This document shows positions 1-11,434 of a DNA stretch of 64,000 bases, piece by piece. How positions within the stretch are numbered: position 1 is the stretch's first letter; every line of letters starts with the position of its first letter. Made by a program: the position numbers and the translations under genes. The DNA is from an uncultured Planctomycetaceae bacterium (GTDB lineage Bacteria > Planctomycetota > Planctomycetia > Planctomycetales > Planctomycetaceae). The notes under the pieces are model-generated. The model had not been told where the DNA came from, did not search any database, and was given only the letters and a program-made list of their open reading frames with translations. The stretch lies in assembly GCA_963815195.1 (NCBI GenBank), contig CAWFGE010000013.1:1056001-1120000 (forward strand), read 5' to 3'.

Positions 1-48
1 GAGGCCGATCAGCACACAGGCATTGGGGTCGAGCAAATTCGAGTGCAT
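1..48 (-). CDS. 5' end of a CDS running off the window edge (MHSNLLDPNACVLIGL...)
   Basis: Minus-strand ATG at 48 preceded by AGGAG; frame open to the edge. Confidence 0.4.
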   Translation of the reverse strand, partial: MHSNLLDPNACVLIGL

Positions 49-508
49 GGGGGATCGTCTCCTGTTAAAGTGAAACACAATCAAAAAGGGCACGCGATCT
101 TGGGAGCGGGCGAAAACCTTATAGTCCGAGACGTTTTGGCGTCATCATCTGGAGTGATTCGTTGGTTCCCAAGAGCATCGTCCCGCTCGAAAGTCTGGGC
201 TCAATCGTTGAAGCGATGGGGCGCACGATTCGTAGCGGGGCGACGCGTGCCTGATTTTGATCCTCTCAAAGTTGGGGCTGGAAAAACAGGAAAAAAACGG
301 CGCTGGATCGGCTCCGGCGCGGAAGAGTCCGTGGGGAGAGACTTGCGTCCCCCCGCCCTCTCCCGCGGCCGATCCATCCCTCAGCAAATCCTATAAGGGC
401 GCAGCCCTGGGAACGGGAACGAACAAAATGCAAAAGCCCCCGCGGGGCGGTCCTAAACCGGAGATGCGCAGGTGACTGCGTGGGTTTGAAGCCGCCCCTG
501 CACGTGAC

Positions 509-800
509 ACATAGGGCCGCCCCGTTGGGGCTTGCGTTTCATTAATCATCCGTAACCCAGGCCGGCGCTGCGCTTGGCCTGGGCTGACATAGAGCCGGGC
601 CTTCGGCCCTAAATTCTTTTGGTGCAGGCGTCTCGCCCGCCAATGCAGCCGGGACGGTTGCACCATGATCACGCGAAATTTGAAACGACTGATTTTGAAT
701 AACGCCTTCGGCGTGTGTTTCATGATTGTCAACACGACACCCAAGGTGTCGCGGCTGTGCCGTTGACCTTGGGATTTGTTCTCTAACGCCTTCGGCGTAA
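509..800. repeat. Cluster of REP-like palindromes
   Basis: Hairpins GCCCCGTTGGGGC, CCCAGGCC..GGCCTGGG and GGGCCTTCGGCCC; AACGCCTTCGGCGT at 701 and 785 flanking CCCAAGGT..ACCTTGGG. Confidence 0.55.
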
Positions 801-1076
801 GACTCCGTCCACAAAACTCTTGCAAATCCTGCAATTCTGGGATGTTCTCCGGCGAAGTCTCTTTGCAAACGCGAAATTTCCCAAAAAACCTCCGAGCGTT
901 TAACGTCTTTTTGTAACTGAAGTTGCGACCACAGCCGGCCAAGAGAACCCGAAAAAATCTCCTAGAGGCCGGAATCGGCCTCAAGTTTGCATTTGAAGAG
1001 GGGCGTTCGGCAAGGATGTCGAACTCCCGGCGATTCCCTTCCGCCGCCTCCCGCAAACTGATGGAGCGACAATCAC

Positions 1077-2456
1077 ATGCGTTTGAGCAAGGATGCTCTC
1101 AAGAACCCGTTCTTATTCGCTTTGGCCGGGCTAATCTTCTCGGCCGGCTTCGCACCCGCCGCCACCTTCCGCACGCGGAATTTCCTCGTCACGGCTCCCA
1201 CCCCCGAAGTCGCCGAGCAATGCGGAAAATGCGCCGAGCATTACCGCAAAACGCTCGCGGAAGACTGGCTCGGCGAGGAAATGAAACCCTGGTTCAAGCC
1301 CTGCACTTTAACGGTCAAAGTCGGGCAGATTGGAGCCGGCGGTGCGACGACGTTCGCCTTCGACCGCGGCGAAGTCTTCGGCTGGCGGATGAACGTCCAA
1401 GGCAGCATGGAACGCATCCTGGACAGCGTCATCCCCCACGAAGTCAGCCATACGATCCTCGCGTGCCATTTCCGCCGGCCGCTCCCACGGTGGGCCGATG
1501 AAGGCGCCGCGACGCTGATCGAGCACGAATCCGAACGCCGGCGGCAGGCACTCTTGCTCCAGCAGGTCTGGAACACGTCGCAACGGATCCCGCTCAAAAA
1601 ACTGTTGTCGATTAAAGACTATCCCCGCGAAATGCAGCACGTGCTCACGCTGTATGCCGAGGGTTATTCGCTGGCCGACTTCCTGGTGCAAGCCGGCGGC
1701 AAGACGCGGTATCTGGAGTTCTTGGAAACCGCCCACCGCAACGGCTGGGACCGGGCCATCGAGGAACATTACCGTCTCGAAGGCGTGGACGATCTGGAAA
1801 GCCGGTGGAACAAGTGGATCATGGCCGGCAGCCCGCGGTTGAACATCCCCAAAGACACGCAGCTTGCCTCGAATGACGAGCCGAAAGCCCCTCGTCCCGA
1901 GCCTTCCGAAGAAGATTTTCAGCGCCCGGTCATTCGCGGCCAATCGCCTGAAACTCAGGCCCCCGTGGAAGCGCAAGTCGCGGCCGCGGTGCAGCATCCA
2001 CCGGCGTCTGTCGAACCCAATGCCCATTTGGCGCTCCCCAAAGCGAACGAAATCCGGCAGGAATCCCCCGGCTGGCGACGGATGCGGCGGAAACTCGAAG
2101 AAATCCCCGAGGACTTTGTAAATCCTGCAAACGATCCCGCAAAATCTGCAATCGGACGCGAAGTGCAAACCGCCGAGGTGGAACCGGCATCGCCTCTCCC
2201 AAATCCCAACCGGCCGACCGCCGGCACGCGCCCAAACCCCGCCGGCACTCGGATGGAAACCCAAGCTTCGCCCGCCCCGCCTCGAAACGAACCGCCGTTC
2301 CGGTTTGAGCTCGGCGGTTCTGAATACGAAAGTTCTCCTGGAGGACAGACTCTCGGTAATGGTCGCGCGCCGAACGGGTCCGAATTTCCCCGCACTCGGA
2401 CCGCACGCGACCCGGCCACGCTCGGCCAGGCATCCGAACGTCCCTTCTCTCCCTAG
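1077..2456 (+). CDS. Secreted HExxH metallopeptidase-like protein (peptidase MA-like) with Pro-rich tail
   Basis: Signal peptide; IPHEVSH followed by PRWADEG (gluzincin-like). Confidence 0.7.
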   Translation: MRLSKDALKNPFLFALAGLIFSAGFAPAATFRTRNFLVTAPTPEVAEQCGKCAEHYRKTLAEDWLGEEMKPWFKPCTLTVKVGQIGAGGATTFAFDRGEVFGWRMNVQGSMERILDSVIPHEVSHTILACHFRRPLPRWADEGAATLIEHESERRRQALLLQQVWNTSQRIPLKKLLSIKDYPREMQHVLTLYAEGYSLADFLVQAGGKTRYLEFLETAHRNGWDRAIEEHYRLEGVDDLESRWNKWIMAGSPRLNIPKDTQLASNDEPKAPRPEPSEEDFQRPVIRGQSPETQAPVEAQVAAAVQHPPASVEPNAHLALPKANEIRQESPGWRRMRRKLEEIPEDFVNPANDPAKSAIGREVQTAEVEPASPLPNPNRPTAGTRPNPAGTRMETQASPAPPRNEPPFRFELGGSEYESSPGGQTLGNGRAPNGSEFPRTRTARDPATLGQASERPFSP

Positions 2457-2509
2457 CGGACCGGATGGTCGAGCTCCCCGCCGACCGGTTGACTGTTCCT
2501 CCCCCCTCC

Positions 2510-2548
2510 GACGAGCCACCGTTCCCCCCGCGGTGGCTCGTCTTTTTT
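2510..2548 (+). terminator. Intrinsic terminator
   Basis: GACGAGCCACCG/CGGTGGCTCGTC stem followed by T6. Confidence 0.7.
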
Positions 2549-2632
2549 CGTTGGGCTTGAGGTGCGGCTTCGCCTGGGTGAGAATCGGGGAAGATCTCCA
2601 CCATGACACACCTCGGCAGAAGGAAGGCTTCC

Positions 2633-3622
2633 ATGAGACTCGGCGCGATTTCTTTCGCTGTGATGATTTCGTTCGGTTGGAATCTTCCATGCTCGACGGC
2701 CCAAAACGAAACGCAGGCCGGCTCCAATGCGAGGCGGCCGAAATCCGATGCAGAGCTGAAGCGCTGGCTGGAGAACATGATTTGGCATCATCGCTTCTCC
2801 GATGCGGAAATCGCCGAGGCCACCGGGCTGTCCGCCGAGGAAATCGAAAAGGCCAAACAGCGGTTCGGCATCCGAACGGACAACGCCCCCAAACGAGCCA
2901 AGGCTGACAAGCTGCTGGTGCTGCCTTATCCCGGAGGCCGGCACCCGCGGATTGGCTTTCTCGAAGGAGCCATCCGCCCGCAGCGGGAAACGAAGATCAG
3001 CGTGTTTCTGCCTTGGAAAGATGCGGGATACGTCGTCGCGGATATTCCCGAAGCCATCTGGTGGAACAACACCGGCGGGCGGGAACTGTTGTATCTGGCT
3101 CATACGCATGTGCCCACCACCTGGACCAAACAAAACATCGAACTGCCCAGTTTGGAATGGAACGAACAGAAAGACGGCACCCTGCGGATGGAGCGAAAAC
3201 TACCAAATGCCGTGACCTTCGGAACGGAAGTCCGGCCGGGAAAACAGGGCGTCAAAATGCGGATGTGGTTGACCAACGGCACGGAAACGACGCTGGCAGG
3301 ACTCCGCGTGCAGAACTGCGTGATGTTCAAGGGCGCTCCCGCGTTCGCCGGTCAAACCAATGAGAACAAAGTTTTCCAAGCCCCATATGCGGCCTGCCGG
3401 GACCAGACGGGCAAGCGGTGGGTCATCGCGGCCTGGTCGCCTTGCCAGCGCACGTGGGGCAATGTCGGCTGCCCCTGCATGCACTCCGATCCGCAGTTTC
3501 CCGATTGTCCGCCGGGCAAAACCGTCGAGCTGTTCGGCTGGCTGTCGTTTTACGAAGGCGGAGACATCACCGCGGAGTTCAAACGTCTGGATCGTTTGAA
3601 CTGGGAGAAATCGGCGGAGTAA
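2633..3622 (+). CDS. Secreted hypothetical protein
   Basis: AGGAAGG RBS, signal peptide, protein-like composition (PYPGGRHPRIGF, CMHSDP). Confidence 0.7.
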   Translation: MRLGAISFAVMISFGWNLPCSTAQNETQAGSNARRPKSDAELKRWLENMIWHHRFSDAEIAEATGLSAEEIEKAKQRFGIRTDNAPKRAKADKLLVLPYPGGRHPRIGFLEGAIRPQRETKISVFLPWKDAGYVVADIPEAIWWNNTGGRELLYLAHTHVPTTWTKQNIELPSLEWNEQKDGTLRMERKLPNAVTFGTEVRPGKQGVKMRMWLTNGTETTLAGLRVQNCVMFKGAPAFAGQTNENKVFQAPYAACRDQTGKRWVIAAWSPCQRTWGNVGCPCMHSDPQFPDCPPGKTVELFGWLSFYEGGDITAEFKRLDRLNWEKSAE

Positions 3623-3632
3623 TCGTCGCCCA

Positions 3633-6600
3633 TTACGGCACGAACACGAACTCCGGCGAGTTCAAAATCGCCCAGAGCATGTCTTCGTAGCGTTCCCGCC
3701 AATCGGGTTGCAGCCGGGGCGAAGGCCGGTCGCCCTGTTTCACGGCTTTTTGCAGTTCGATCTGCACGCGGTTGGATTCCTCGCTGAGATGGTTGGACCA
3801 CGAGACGCCCGCGTTCCGCAGCCGCTCGATCTTCAACTCTTCCGGCGAGACTTCGCGAAGCCTGTTTGGATAACCGTCTTTCAAAAGTGCGATAAAGGTT
3901 TCCCGTTCCGCCGGCGTCGCGGGGCGGGTGAAAGCCTGGCGGTAAACGCGATCGATCAATGTTTCCAGCGGCTGGTCTTCGGTCGCGAGCTTTGTGAAAG
4001 CGCTGTCTTCGGAGCACCGCGTGAACCGCCGGCCCAAGACGCCATTGGCGAGAACGGCCGGTTGCAAGACGGTGGGAGACGTGTCGCGGACCGTGAGCGG
4101 ATCCTGCCGGGACGCCCGCCAGCCGAACGATTCCAGCACGTCCAAAAACGGCTGGGCCATCGGCAGCGACAGGCTCGGCCGGTCCCGCTCGTTGGACAGC
4201 GACGTGAATTCCCACGCCCGCCGGGGATACCCCAAATTCAAGGATGTGGTAAACACCCGCGAGCCGTCGGCGTCGATGTTGAGTTCCCCCGCGTAAAAAT
4301 CCTTCCCGCAGGCCGTGAACATCGAATCGACCACCTCTTCCGCCGACATCCGCCGCCGGAGCGGACCGGCAAACAACGCATCCTCGTCCCCGCGGCTGGG
4401 TTGAGCGATTCGCTGGTAGGTGTGCGACGTGAAAATCAACCGAGCCACATGCTTCAAGTCGTAGCCGCTGTGGACCAACTCCCGCGCGAGAAATTCCAGA
4501 AGCTCGGGATGCGAAGGCGCGGCGTGCTCCCAATCATCGACCGGCTCGACCAGTCCCCGGCCGAGGTAACGTTTCCACATCCGATTGACGATCACCTGGG
4601 CGAAGCGGTCGTTGTTCGGCGAAGTCACCAACGCCGCAAGCTGCTCGCGGGAGTCGGGCCGGTTCGGCACAAGGTCTTCGATTGAATCGGCGGGAACCAG
4701 TTCCGCGAACGGCCACTGGGGAGCAATTTTCTCGCCGGGGCTGAGCGTGACCGCGACGATCAACGACCGCGTTCCGCCGCCGGGGATCAAACTCGACGGC
4801 GGCACCGCCTGCGGCCCGCGGTTGAGCATCGCCGCGACCTGGAACAAATCCGACTGCTTAAATTCGTGGAACGGGGCATCGTGGCAGCGGGCGCACTTCA
4901 TCTCCAACCCCAAGAACGCCTGCCCGATGATATGGGCCTTTGCGGCCATTGGCACGTCGTTCTGGCTCGCCATCGCAAACCCGCCCGGCCCGCCGTAATA
5001 CTGGCTGCCTTCCATGCGGATCAATTCCGTCGCGAAGCGGTCGAACGGCTTGTTGTCCAAGAACGACTCCTGAATCCACCAGCGGAACGGACCCGTGTTG
5101 TTGAGCGTGGGATTGACAATGTTCGGATTCTCCGCCAGCACGTCCTGCCAATAACCCACCCAATGGTCCGCCCAACCGTCCTCTTCCAATATCCGGTCGA
5201 CGTATCGCTCCCGGCGGTTCACCGAGTCGCCGGCGAAGAAGGTTTTCGATTGCTCGGGAGTGGGCACAGTGCCCAGGACATCCAAAGTCACCCGCCGCAA
5301 AAACGCCCAGTCATCGATCAAGGTGGCGGGCGATTTGCTTGCTTGTTCCAAGCGGTGGTTGATGAACCGATCGATCGAATTTTTAACCGCCTTGGGTTCC
5401 TTCACCGCCGGGAGTGCGATCGCGGGCCGTTTTTCAAGTATCGAGCGGGCGACTTGATGCCGGCGGTTCCAATACTCGGTTTCCTCCTTGCCGGCGACCT
5501 GGCGCCGCTCGGCGTTGAGGTTTCTTTGATACAACTGGTCCTGTTCGCGGAACGCGTGGAACTCGTCATCCGTCAGCGCGAACCGCCATACGGGCTTTGG
5601 GCTGAGGATCCGAAACAGCCCGTCTTCGGCTTCGAGACTGACGGACGTTTCCCCAAGCTCCGGACGTTTCTTCTTGCCGCCGAGGAACAGTTCCAACCGC
5701 AGGCGGTGCGGTTTGCCGTCGCCTTCGATCTCCACGACCTTTTCGTTGTCGCCGGTGGCCAGCGGGCGGATCGTGTTGTTCTGGACGACCTCCACGTGCC
5801 GGATTTTTCCGTGGGCGGTGCCGCTGATCGTATGGAACGGCGATTCCAGAATCAGTTTGCCGTCGAGAAACAGCCTGGCTCCATTGCGAGCCCGCAAGAG
5901 CAGTCGGCACTTGCGGTCGGGCAGCGTGATCATCCCGGTGGCGCGGAGGGCAAACGGATTGGTGCGGTCGATCTGCACTCCGCGTTCGTTGTATTTTCCG
6001 GGAACGTTCAGAAAGCCGAACGCGGGGGCCGTGTAAAAATCCAACGCGGGCGGCGGTGGATCGATCCAGGATCGCTGATCGGGAATGCCCTCCAGGACTT
6101 CCACGAGGACGCCGTCTTTGGGAAGTTCACGCTCCACGAAAAGGGTTTCCGACGCCCGCTGCCAGAACCGGCGGCCGATTTGTGTTTCGGTGAGGACTTT
6201 GCGGTAGATGGCGACCTCGTCGATGTCGCCTTGGAAACTGCTGGCTTGCGAGCCGCCCATGGACGAGCCGATCCAGAGCTCATCGTTATCGACCACGGGA
6301 GGTTGGGCGGTCTCGCCGCCATAGTCCCAGGTGCCCGTGACAGGCCGGCCGTCGAGATAGCCGCGGATGCTCTTGGGGTTTCCGAACTCGTATGTCACCG
6401 CGACATGATGCCAGCCGCTTTGGGGGACGAAGCCCGAGTCGGCGTTCCAGCGGTGGAAATCGCCCTTGACGCCTATGCGGTTTTTCGCCGAGCGAAACAG
6501 AAAACTGATGCGGGCCGTGCCGCCGACGCCGCGAAGCCGGAGGGCGTAGTTCTGGTTATCGCGGGAAAAGTCTTTATGTCCGGTGCGGCCTTTGCCGACG

Positions 6601-7070
6601 ATGTAAACCTGCTGGTTCTCGGCCACGCGGGTCGGATTGACCCAGGCTTCGAGCGTGATGGCGTCGCCGTTGTCAAAATCCAAAACGCTCTTGTCGCCCG
6701 GATCGGTCACGCGGAGAAAATTCCCGCCGCCGGCAAACCGGGCCGAGCGGTTTTCGCGGCCGAACGCCGGAAACAAGGGCGGCCGCGGTCCAGGCGATTG
6801 AACCCCGACCTGCCCAGAAACCTCCGCATCCAAACCCGCCGTGCCGCTCAAGCTGGGCACGCGCTGCGCGGAACCCTCCTCGAACCGCCAATAGCAGGCG
6901 GGCTGGTCTTGGAGAATGAGTGCCGCATACCGTCCCGGTCGCGATTCCGCCACGGCCGGCACCGCCGCGTGAAGGGAAATGTTTGGCCCAGGGGAGAGCA
7001 GGATCGCAAGCCCCATCAGCAGGAGTTTCGCACAAAGGTGGACAGGAACAACTCGCATATCACCACTCAT
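3633..7070 (-). CDS. LamG + DUF1549/DUF1553 planctomycete-type protein
   Basis: LamG motifs (WHHVAVTY, FQGDIDEVAIY); FLRRVTLDVLG, CARCHD, VNRMWKRYLGRGLV, LNSPEF. Confidence 0.9.
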   Translation of the reverse strand: MSGDMRVVPVHLCAKLLLMGLAILLSPGPNISLHAAVPAVAESRPGRYAALILQDQPACYWRFEEGSAQRVPSLSGTAGLDAEVSGQVGVQSPGPRPPLFPAFGRENRSARFAGGGNFLRVTDPGDKSVLDFDNGDAITLEAWVNPTRVAENQQVYIVGKGRTGHKDFSRDNQNYALRLRGVGGTARISFLFRSAKNRIGVKGDFHRWNADSGFVPQSGWHHVAVTYEFGNPKSIRGYLDGRPVTGTWDYGGETAQPPVVDNDELWIGSSMGGSQASSFQGDIDEVAIYRKVLTETQIGRRFWQRASETLFVERELPKDGVLVEVLEGIPDQRSWIDPPPPALDFYTAPAFGFLNVPGKYNERGVQIDRTNPFALRATGMITLPDRKCRLLLRARNGARLFLDGKLILESPFHTISGTAHGKIRHVEVVQNNTIRPLATGDNEKVVEIEGDGKPHRLRLELFLGGKKKRPELGETSVSLEAEDGLFRILSPKPVWRFALTDDEFHAFREQDQLYQRNLNAERRQVAGKEETEYWNRRHQVARSILEKRPAIALPAVKEPKAVKNSIDRFINHRLEQASKSPATLIDDWAFLRRVTLDVLGTVPTPEQSKTFFAGDSVNRRERYVDRILEEDGWADHWVGYWQDVLAENPNIVNPTLNNTGPFRWWIQESFLDNKPFDRFATELIRMEGSQYYGGPGGFAMASQNDVPMAAKAHIIGQAFLGLEMKCARCHDAPFHEFKQSDLFQVAAMLNRGPQAVPPSSLIPGGGTRSLIVAVTLSPGEKIAPQWPFAELVPADSIEDLVPNRPDSREQLAALVTSPNNDRFAQVIVNRMWKRYLGRGLVEPVDDWEHAAPSHPELLEFLARELVHSGYDLKHVARLIFTSHTYQRIAQPSRGDEDALFAGPLRRRMSAEEVVDSMFTACGKDFYAGELNIDADGSRVFTTSLNLGYPRRAWEFTSLSNERDRPSLSLPMAQPFLDVLESFGWRASRQDPLTVRDTSPTVLQPAVLANGVLGRRFTRCSEDSAFTKLATEDQPLETLIDRVYRQAFTRPATPAERETFIALLKDGYPNRLREVSPEELKIERLRNAGVSWSNHLSEESNRVQIELQKAVKQGDRPSPRLQPDWRERYEDMLWAILNSPEFVFVP

Positions 7071-7397
7071 TTCAGAAATCGGAGGCGAATCAGGCGGGAC
7101 GCGGAGGCGGGCATTCTTTCAGTTCGTCATTCATTGAACCATGCGATAACTTGACGGTCAAGGATTCCGAGCGGGCTTGGGACGGCTGCCCCGGCTCGAA
7201 ACGCAGTTTTCCAACTCCTCGACAACCTCTTTCCTGAAAATGTCTCTCAATCTTGTCATACCGTGCTTGTGTGCAGCGGCTCGGCAATGGAAAATAGCAA
7301 TTCCTTTTAGGGTGACATTTTTCCATTGTGACCGTTAAAGGCCTCACAAGGCCAGAAATCCACATCAACACGAATCGGTCGAAAAAAATGGCATGCT

Positions 7398-7757
7398 TTG
7401 GCGGGTTTGCTCCAGGTGACACTGGACGCAACCACCAGCCGCATTCCGGGCTTGGGGGACTTGCCCTACATCGGACCGATGTTCAGCAATACGACGCACA
7501 AACGCATGGAAAAAGAGCTCCTGGTTTTGGTGACTCCGTTTCTCGTGACTCCTCTGCCCGCGCAGGACGTGCCCCCGCTTCCCGGCGACGAGGTGTTGGA
7601 TCCCACCGACTGCGAGTTTTTCTTTCTCAATCGGATTGAGGGCCGGACCGGGGTGCGATATCGTTCCACGCTCGGTTGGGACGACCCGCTTCATGTCGAG
7701 CACCTGCTGAAATTGGAGCGGACCAACATCTGTGGTCCCCATGGATTCACGTACTGA
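7398..7757 (+). pseudogene. Isolated C-terminal fragment of a CpaC/RcpA-type secretin
   Basis: AGLLQ..IPGLGDLPYIGPMF..EKELLVLVTP secretin C-terminal signature; no upstream secretin sequence. Confidence 0.65.
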
Positions 7758-8278
7758 ATGGCCATTCCCAAAAATTTGATGGACAATTGGGGACGTTGTT
7801 GCGCATGAATAAGGCTCAAGGCACAATCCGAGACAATGGCGGGGCAATGGTCGACGCTCAGAGACAACGCGACATCGGCACTGCGTGATACCGCGTCCGG
7901 CCTCCCCGAGGGAAGAAGACGAGATACTCTGTCGTACCGTCCTAGCTTACTTCCCCCGTGTCCCTGGCTTGCATGTGTCCTCTCGTCTCGCCGAGACTTC
8001 AACACAACAGGTTCCCCATTCGCCCTTACCTTCTTTATCTGCCAGCGGAAGGAGGTGTTTCCAAAGCCCGTCCCGCACTCATTTGGCTGTTCCCTTACCA
8101 ATCCGGCCAAGGCACGGCGCGGCATGGGATCGATGCGACAACCGCTTGTTTCCGGAAAACGTTTTCCGTTACCCTGTATGGAGTGTGATTGCGATTCCCG
8201 TTCGCCCGTGTTTCCTGGGCAAGCTCTTGATGAAATATCTCTGATGCCGTCCGTGCTGATGGGAAGATTGGTTTCAGG

Positions 8279-9803
8279 ATGAACTGGTTGAGACGCCACC
8301 GGTTTGTGTTCCTGTTCGCGATCGGGCTCGTCTGCGCGATCCGCTCCGGCGCTGGCCAAGGATCCGCCCGGCCTTGTGGCCCGATTCACGACACCGGACG
8401 GCAGCGGTCTCACGCAGATGGCCGTCTCTCCCGACGAGACGGTTTTGTTGGGATCGTCCCGGGGACGGATTTGGGAATGGACGCCTCAAGCATCGGCGGT
8501 CCGCGAATTCGTCGCCTCCCCGGTCGACCGCGCTCCGATCTTGAACCTGCAATTTGACGAAAAGGGCGGGCTCGTCCTGCAACAAGGCCGGCAACTGATT
8601 TTTCAGGACGAGCGCGGACAGCGGAAAACCGTCTCCTTGCCCAAGCTGTCGTTTTTGGCGATTTCGCCGTCCGGCGGGCAGTTGGCGGGGATGGGCGGCG
8701 ATCCGCCCATCGTGTTCCTCGATTCGGCTTCTGGAGAAAAAACGCATCGCGTGGACCGCCAGGTGTGGGTGGACGAGATGCACTTTTCGCCCGACGGTCG
8801 CCGATTGGCCACCGCCCGCTTCGGCCGCTTGTATCTGTGGGACGCGGAAACCGGCAAGCTGCTTTGGAAGACCCGGCTGGAAGGCAACGTGCAAGGCGTG
8901 GCCTTTGCTCCGAATCCCACGTTTCTCTTGGCCGCCGTCAACCGCGAAGGGTTATGGGTGGTCGACGCCGAGTCGGGGGAGATTCGGGATCGGCTCCGGC
9001 GGTCGCACTCCATCAACGACGATTCGTCGCTGCATCGATTCTCCGTCTCTCCCGATGGAACGCTGGTCGCGGAAACGCTGCCCGATCGGCACATCGAGAT
9101 TTGGGAAACCTACACCGGCCGGCCCGTGTTGCTGTTGGAGAAACATCCCAGTGAGATTGCGGACGTGCATTTTCTCCCGGACGGCTTGCATCTCGTCTCG
9201 GGCGACTCGCAGGGAAATGCGTATCTGTGGGATCTCGCCTCCGCGGACTTCGCGGGCTCGTTCGACGCCGGGCGGCCTTATTCGCAGGAAGAATTGGGGA
9301 GGCTCTGGCGGATGCTCGGCGAGTCGCGCGGACACGCCTCGTGGTCGGCGATGGTGGCCCTCAAGCATCGCCCCGACCAGGCCCTCCCGCTCATCGATCA
9401 TCCGCCCAACGACGATCTGTTGATACAAGGTCTCATCGAACGCATGGATCACGATCAGTTTTCCGACCGGCAATCGGCTTATCGGGCGCTGCGTCAACTC
9501 AGCCTCAATGCCGAGCCCTTTTTAAGAGAAGCGCTCGATACCACGAAATCCGCCGAACTCAGATCCCGCGCCCGGCGTTTGCTGGCCTATCTCGAAGGCC
9601 CCCAGCGCGAAAGCCAACGCCGGCTGATGGAAGAATCGCGAAACCATCGGCAACTGCGGACGATTCAACTGTTAAAATGGATCGGCACGCCGGAAGCCAA
9701 ACGCCGGCTGGAGGCGATCCGCGATTCCGCCCAAGACCCGGCGGTCCGCAACCAGTCCCAGGCCGCGCTCAAACGGCTGAACGGCAAGGGCAAGGAAGAT
9801 TAA
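8279..9803 (+). CDS. Secreted WD40-repeat protein with C-terminal HEAT-like helices (frameshift near the N-terminus)
   Basis: Repeated SPDG / LWD motifs in ORF 8304-9803; signal peptide lies in the 8279 frame. Confidence 0.75.
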
Positions 9804-9850
9804 ACGTGTCGCGGCTGAAAGCCACCGCGACGCGACGTGCGTGACGCCGA

Positions 9851-11045
9851 TCAAAACTCGACGAGCGAACCCGGTTTGAGGGCCTGCTGGGGCAGCGGGA
9901 AGCTTGCATCGAACACCCGCATCTGTTCGGGCTTTTCGATCGTGTTATGGCTCTCGTCGAACACGCCGGTTTGGGGGTCGAGAACGCCCGCGGGATCGAG
10001 CTTCAGGTGCTTGACCATAAACGGGTACATCGCTTGCCGTTTCGAGAGTTGGTAGCCGTGGCCCTCGTCGGCGAAATGCACGTTCTCCACATTCCCGGCT
10101 TTGCCGAAGAGTTTGTAGACGCTTTGAATGTAGGGGTATTCGACCTTCGGCGTGTTCTTGGTCCAGTCGCCGCCGACGGAAATCAGCAGCATCGGCCGCG
10201 GGGCGGCGAGGGCGGCGATCTCGGCGTTGTTGGTTTCGAGTTCTTCGGTTTTGTGGATGGGCATGCCGCTCTCGCAGTTGCAGCCGCCGAAGAAATGGGC
10301 CGAGACCATCACCACGGGCACGGACACGCTCACGCGGTCATCGACCGCCGTCAAGAGAAACGTCTGCGTCCCGCCCCCCGAACAACCGGTGACGCCCAGG
10401 CGTTTCTTGTCCACGTCCGTTAGCGATTCCAGAAAGTCGAGTGCCCGGATGCTGCTCCAGGTTTGGAGCGTGAGGACTTGAGGATGTTCGTGCTTCCAGC
10501 CGAGCTTTGCCGAGTCGCCGACGCCGACCATGTCATAAGAAAACACGACCGCCCCCATGCGGGCCAAGGTCGCGCAGCGGTTTTGATGATCGGGCCTTAA
10601 GCGTCCGCCATCCGGGCCGCGGTAGTGTCCGTGCGGACAAAGGATCCCCGCGAACGGCCCTTTCTTTCCGAGCGGCCGGTAGAGACTTCCGTAAACGAAA
10701 AACCCGGGCCGGGCCTCGAACGCCGCGGACTCCACGGTGTATCCCTCGTAGGTCCGCTTGTTGCGAACGATCGGATGGAGCGGCGTGCGCTGGGGGAGCG
10801 GATCCAATTGGGTTCCCGCGAGGATTTGCTGGCGAATCCGCGCGGCCCGGTCTTTCCATTCTTTGAGGTTCGAATACGTCGAAGCCAGCCGGTCGAGTCT
10901 GTTTGACGGCGTCCGCTTCGGACTGGTAATACCCCTGGCAAAGCTGCGGTTTGGCTTTGGCCTCGGAAGGCTTTGGATCGTCCCCTCGGATCGCGGATAA
11001 CGGAGCAGACAAGACGATGGCGAGCGCGAGCAGATAGTGTTTCAT
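9851..11045 (-). CDS. Acetylxylan esterase-like alpha/beta hydrolase (frameshifted near 10880-10905)
   Basis: LCPHGH and GCSGGG nucleophile motif; signal peptide [11 protein letters not shown] in another frame. Confidence 0.8.
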
Positions 11046-11434
11046 TCCCGAATCCTCCGCGAAAAGTTGTAGCTGTTTGGGCCTGGGCAAACCGCGATTT
11101 CATCATCCCGGTTCATTCTACTGCTCCACGTTCGATTGCCAAAGCCCGCGGAAGTTTTCCACCGGATCACTTGCGTTGGGCGGCACGCCCTGAGGAACGA
11201 AGGGCGTAGTCCAATGCGGTTCGCCACGGCCTTCGCTGGGCCAGGGACGTGCCACCCGATCGCTGAAGATAGACGACACACCATGCTTGCAACGGCTTTG
11301 CGGGGGGGACTACTATCGGTGTCTCGTTTCTGGTCCTGGATCATACGCGCGGAATGCGGTGATCTCGCAAAGGTCGCGGCGGCATCTTACCGGCGTCGAT
11401 CGGTCTCGGCGGCTAAAAGCCGCCGCTACGGAGG

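Noticed and set aside
4866..7154. 762-aa plus-strand ORF and similar long antisense ORFs (e.g. 1308-2690, 22177-23676, 23861-25522)
   Set aside because: Shadow frames of real GC-rich genes on the opposite strand; no motifs
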